Below are positions 59,839 to 64,000 of a DNA stretch of 64,000 bases, piece by piece. A model generated the notes under the pieces. That model had not been told where the DNA came from and did no database searches. It saw nothing but the letters and a program-made list of their open reading frames with translations. This DNA comes from Planctomycetota bacterium (GTDB lineage: Bacteria > Planctomycetota > UBA11346). Each line of letters opens with the position of its first letter. Position 1 is the stretch's first letter. The DNA lies in the NCBI GenBank assembly GCA_044338255.1, contig JBIILZ010000005.1, positions 2,718 to 66,717 on the forward strand, in the 5' to 3' direction. A program made the position numbers and the translations under genes.

Positions 59839-61202
59839 CGGTGACCCAGCAATTCAACACCGCCAATCCCATGGGGCGGCTGGTGCTGAACATCCTCATC
59901 TGCTTCGCCCAGTTCGAGCGCGAGAACATCGCTGAGCGCATCCGCGATAAGATGGCCGCCTCGCGTCGTCGCGGGAAATGGGTCGGGGGCGTACCGCCCT
60001 TCGGCTACGATGTTGATTTCGCCGCCAAGAAGCTGGTCATCAACGAGCGCGAGGCCACCACCGTGCGCTGGGTTTTCGAGCGCTTTATCCAGGTTCGCAG
60101 TGGTTGCACGGTGGCAGCCGAGGCGCGCCAGCGTGGGGTGACCACCAAGGCATGGAGCTCCCAAAAAGCCAAAGTGCATCGTGGCCAACCCATCGATCGC
60201 GGTGCCATCTACAAGATGCTCCATCAGCGGACCTATATCGGTGAGGTCACCTACCACCATGTGAACTACCCTGGTGAACAGGCGGCTATCATTTCACGGC
60301 GCCTGTGGGATCAGGTGCACGAGATCCTCGCAGAAAACCACATGGCGCGCGGCAACCGCAATCGCTCGGTAGTACCCGGCTTTCTGAAGGGGTTCGTCCA
60401 TTGTGCGCATTGCCGTTCGTCGATGACGATGAGTTACACGCGCAAGGGCGCTGGCCAGCCGATGTACCGTTACTACCGCTGCGTCACCGGTGCCAAGCAG
60501 GGGGCTGACGCCTGTCCATTGACGCAGGTGCCCGCCGGTGATCTGGAGCGCGAGGTGTTGGTTCACCTACGGCGCATCCTGCGCACCCCTGGCGTCCTTG
60601 CGGCTACCAGCGCCGCAGCGATCGCGGTCGGGCAGACGGAGGGTATGCGTCTCGATCACCGGGGGGTCGTCGAGGCGATGCAGCACCTCGACGAGGTGTG
60701 GGAGGAGCTCTTCCCCGCCGAACAGGAGCGCATCGTTGAGCAAGTGATTGAGCGCGTGGACGTTGGTCTCGACCACGGCGAGTTACGTGTGCGTCTGGAC
60801 GGCGTCGCGAGCTTGGCGTCGGAGCTGCGCGGGATCCCCGGGGTGGTCATCACCCAGGGCGCCGCGGTCATTCGTCTCGCCGTACGCGCACGCCGACGCA
60901 GTGGGCGCACTCGCCTGGTTGCGCCAGCGACGACCACCGTAAACGAGCATACACCCGAGCCGGATACCCTCACGGTCGCCATCGCTCGTGCGTTCCGTTG
61001 GCAGGAACTGATGGAGTTAGGCAAGGTGCCTTCTGTCTCTGTTCTCGCCGAGCGTGAGGAGGTCGATGAGGCGTTCATCCGTCGCCAACTGCGGCTAACG
61101 CTGCATTCGCCACGTCTGATCGAGCATTTGGTTCAGGGTGGTGACGGGATGACCTCTATTCTGGAAGCGGTGCGGCAGGCGCCGGCTGACATCTGGTCGT
61201 GA
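59823..61202 (+). pseudogene. Large serine recombinase lacking the N-terminal catalytic-serine portion
   Basis: Begins inside the resolvase domain (..[40 protein letters not shown]..). It continues with a recombinase domain and zinc ribbon (HCAHCRSSM..YYRC). No YxRxS catalytic region is found upstream. Confidence 0.65.
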
Positions 61203-61220
61203 AACTTGGTCGTCGATGAT

Positions 61221-62891
61221 TCAGCCACCAAAATAATCCAAACGACTTTGCGCCTCCCGATCTTGGCTCTCAGCCCGAGATAAATAGCTCTGGGATAGCT
61301 GCCGGAGAATACCTGCAGTTATCGGATGCTCATCTTCCATGTGATCAGCCCACTGGGTAGCAGTTCCCGCAAGGGCGCGATCCTCATCGCCACCTGAGTA
61401 CAGATCTCGACTGACCATCCCTCGCCCATTGATTCGACCAAAATAAAGCCCGCGTCCCAAATCGAGGCTCTGTGCATGCTCAATGAATTTCCGGACGGTC
61501 GTACATGGCCAGCAGCCATTGCCATCTGATGGAGAATTACTGAGCATGCGACCTAGAAAATTGTCTCCGTCGGATAAAACATCAGCGCCAAGAAGCAAGG
61601 TCCGTGCCTCGGTCATCCATGAGTTGAATTTATCCTCGTCAATCGCTGCGCCTGGTAGTGCACCGGGGATGCCTTTCCAGCCAGTGACCAATTCGTAAGC
61701 CCGATGGGAGCGAAATTGCACCTTCTCGTGATCATCATCTGACGTAGATTTTTCTTTTATGCACGAAATCAGCTCGAGAAAAAAACGAGGAGATTCTTCG
61801 AGATGCTTGTACAGGGCTCGCGGTTCACGATCTGCACCCATAGCCGACAGCGATGGAGAGAGAGCCCATTCGACAGTGGCAATCGCTTCAATTTCGTGGG
61901 GAAGCTGTCGAAAAACGTAATCCAGCAACTGGCCGAGTGACCACGGGAAATGATCAGTCACTGAATCTGAGGCCACCGTCTTTCCGCAGGCTGTCTGCAG
62001 AAAGCGTAATGCTTCGTGCGGGTCAATCGCCGATCCATCGCGGGCGGCGGCATCGCCTAATACGGTCACGGCGGTTATCGCCCTTCCATGCTCGATGAAT
62101 CTGCGAGCGCCCTCTACCGCATGGTCATTTCGCACGTATATCCCAGACAATTTGCTCCAGTACGAGGCAGACACATCCGCCCCGAATGATTCAACGACAT
62201 CCCAGGCATCTGGACGCGTATCAGAGTTCAGGGCAATGAACGCTAACGCTTCGTCTGAGAGCAGAGACCGAAGCTGGGTGCATATGTGCAAGAGCCATCC
62301 GGAGCCTCCTTGTGCGAAACGCTCTCGGATGAATCCGCCGACCATCAGTTGCGTAGATTCTTCCGGATCACGAATTAATTGAACAACCGCCTCATCGTGA
62401 GCGCGATCCCAAGTATCGACTTGGCCTAACGTAAGGCCAACCAGATGTGGATGTTCGGCTTCTGCCGCCAGTCGCAGCACATCAATCAACCCGCCCGATG
62501 ATATCCCTTGGAGCGCCGCGATTCGCAAGGCGCGGACTTTAGCTTCCTTCTGGTGATAATCGTCTTCCCCACCATCTGGCAGTTCAACCCAGAGCTTGAA
62601 TAACCATACATGCAGGAAAATCGGGTCGGTCGGCTCCAAGGCAGCCATTACCTCTTCGATTAATCGGAGTTGTTCATCGGGCAGAGCCCAGGGCTGAGAT
62701 GAATGTCCGCGATGACGTGAAATGAAGGAGCGGAGGTCCTGCAAAATGGATTTCTTTCCCTTTTCTTTGATGTTATCCGGATCAATGCCACGAATTGTTG
62801 CCAGCAAGCCGTCGAAATGAATAGGAGAAATGGATTCGCACTTACCAAGGAGTGTCACCAGTCGATTCAGGTGTTCCGCGGCATCCGTCAT
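61221..62891 (-). CDS. 556-aa unknown, alpha-helical-looking protein in the lower-GC block
   Basis: A long ORF with codon usage clearly different from the rest of the window. The ATG overlaps the stop of the upstream ORF (TAATG). No family recognised. Confidence 0.6.
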   Translation of the reverse strand: MTDAAEHLNRLVTLLGKCESISPIHFDGLLATIRGIDPDNIKEKGKKSILQDLRSFISRHRGHSSQPWALPDEQLRLIEEVMAALEPTDPIFLHVWLFKLWVELPDGGEDDYHQKEAKVRALRIAALQGISSGGLIDVLRLAAEAEHPHLVGLTLGQVDTWDRAHDEAVVQLIRDPEESTQLMVGGFIRERFAQGGSGWLLHICTQLRSLLSDEALAFIALNSDTRPDAWDVVESFGADVSASYWSKLSGIYVRNDHAVEGARRFIEHGRAITAVTVLGDAAARDGSAIDPHEALRFLQTACGKTVASDSVTDHFPWSLGQLLDYVFRQLPHEIEAIATVEWALSPSLSAMGADREPRALYKHLEESPRFFLELISCIKEKSTSDDDHEKVQFRSHRAYELVTGWKGIPGALPGAAIDEDKFNSWMTEARTLLLGADVLSDGDNFLGRMLSNSPSDGNGCWPCTTVRKFIEHAQSLDLGRGLYFGRINGRGMVSRDLYSGGDEDRALAGTATQWADHMEDEHPITAGILRQLSQSYLSRAESQDREAQSRLDYFGG

Positions 62892-64000
62892 TAGGCGATT
62901 AAAAATTCAGTTCGATAGGATTGCGCCTCTTCAGTGGAAACTTCTCGCGGAAGCCCAGTGGCCCAAGTTGCCCATTTGGGGCGAGAGAGCCCTGAGACGT
63001 GGTGCGTATTGAATGCGATATCTATCATCAGTTTCCAGGAAGGATCTGGATATCGATCCCTGAGATGATCCACGGCTTTTAATTTTCTCGTCGAATCGGC
63101 TCCAGTATTTCCATACCAGTACGTAAAAATTTCTTTAAGGGAATTACTAGCCTTGTTGCCATAATTTCCAGCAGGCTCTCTTTGGGAAAGGTAAAGCAAT
63201 ATATCTGCCGACCTCGACAAATGAGCTGGGAGCCAGGAAATTTTCTCTAACGCCCAAAGAAAATGCACATGAGGAGAGGAGGTCATGAATGAGGTCTTAG
63301 AAACTACGTACATGCTGGGGAGTGCAGGATGGGCTGAGGCGATATCGAGCTCGCAGGCTTGCAGGAACTCCCCAGGATTAGCCTCGGCGATGCGCTCCAC
63401 GATGTCTTTCAAGGAAAACCAGCGCCGTTCGTCACCGGCAATACCGTGAAGCACGCTCCTAGTGATGGAGGTCGATGCGATTCGTGGCGTTAGGCGTTCT
63501 CCGGGAGGAGAGAAAGCTCCATGGTGAGTAAACAAGGCAAGTGAATCGGCCAAGCCCTGCCTCAATTGGCGAGAATATTTCTTTTTCTGAACTTGAAAAA
63601 AGGAATGCCATCGTTCGGTCGGTGGAATGTCGAATGCAGGATCCGATTCCATAAGGATAGCTGGCACTTCATCATGGAAACGTCTCAGGATTTCTTCAGT
63701 CATCCGATCCTGCAGGAGGCGCCAGGCATCGAAGGGTGAATCCCAGGACCACATGTGCTCCAATAGCCGAATGGGCGGCTCTTCCATTTTAGCTAGAATG
63801 CGCAGGCGATCTTCGATCGTGGAGTAGCCCAATCCTGTCAATTTTTCGACAACTTCTCGATCTCCCGATGAATCCCTGGACCACCGCTGAACTGCAATCA
63901 ACGACACCAGCAGATCGGCATCTGCCGAGTATGTCCACCTGGGAACCAGAGACCCCAATGGCATTGCGATAACAACGATGTGTGAAACAGCTTGAAAAAT
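62891..64000 (-). CDS. Unknown protein in the lower-GC block, probably 5' partial (the frame is open to the window edge)
   Basis: The frame of the ORF 62891-63964 remains open for the 36 nt upstream of the first ATG, up to nt 64000. No family recognised. Confidence 0.55.
   Translation of the reverse strand: MFQAVSHIVVIAMPLGSLVPRWTYSADADLLVSLIAVQRWSRDSSGDREVVEKLTGLGYSTIEDRLRILAKMEEPPIRLLEHMWSWDSPFDAWRLLQDRMTEEILRRFHDEVPAILMESDPAFDIPPTERWHSFFQVQKKKYSRQLRQGLADSLALFTHHGAFSPPGERLTPRIASTSITRSVLHGIAGDERRWFSLKDIVERIAEANPGEFLQACELDIASAHPALPSMYVVSKTSFMTSSPHVHFLWALEKISWLPAHLSRSADILLYLSQREPAGNYGNKASNSLKEIFTYWYGNTGADSTRKLKAVDHLRDRYPDPSWKLMIDIAFNTHHVSGLSRPKWATWATGLPREVSTEEAQSYRTEFLIA

Overview
This is a 64-kb bacterial chromosomal segment, roughly two-thirds G+C by eye, with Gram-negative-type gene content (RND pump, GT9 heptosyltransferase, MlaD, sigma-54 activator). 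The taxon cannot be determined from the sequence alone. All family calls come from motif recognition by eye on the supplied translations; no searches were run.

- **1-36.2 kb, ordinary core genome:** RND efflux pair, MASE1/PAS histidine kinase, mreB, glgB, a sirtuin, tilS, a tetrahaem cytochrome, pcnB, a polyprenyl synthase, a response regulator, a heptosyltransferase, STAS and HKD/PLD proteins, a PIN-TRAM protein, ubiE, DUF2252, topA, OsmC, MlaD, a MoxR-DUF58-transglutaminase operon, an EamA transporter and dnaE.
- **36.3-56.4 kb, the stand-out region:** a sensor-less sigma-54 enhancer-binding protein is followed by two translationally coupled + strand operons (14 genes, about 18.8 kb).
  - Five paralogues of a family I cannot name share three conserved sequence blocks. 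Two apparently insert-free mini-versions of the same core are also present.
  - A second paralogous pair (566 aa and 299 aa) and an 885-aa unknown protein lie in the same operons.
  - Recognisable accessory genes are a leaderless GH46-like/peptidoglycan-binding protein, a leaderless S8 subtilase, a DMATS/ABBA-prenyltransferase-like protein and a papain-like (C70/C39-like) protease.
  - I see no ATPase, secretion-machine, capsid, sheath or tube hallmark. I flag this cluster as the candidate undescribed system.
- **56.4-61.2 kb, mobile-element debris:** an inverted partial copy and a full copy of an rve-type IS, a BrnA antitoxin preceded by an internally deleted BrnT stub, a phage tape-measure fragment, and a 5'-truncated large serine recombinase.
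- **61.2-64.0 kb:** a visibly lower-GC block with two overlapping large unknown ORFs running off the window.
- **Short tandem repeats:** repeats with 8-18-bp units occur throughout the window. Many are in frame inside genes, and three span stop codons.
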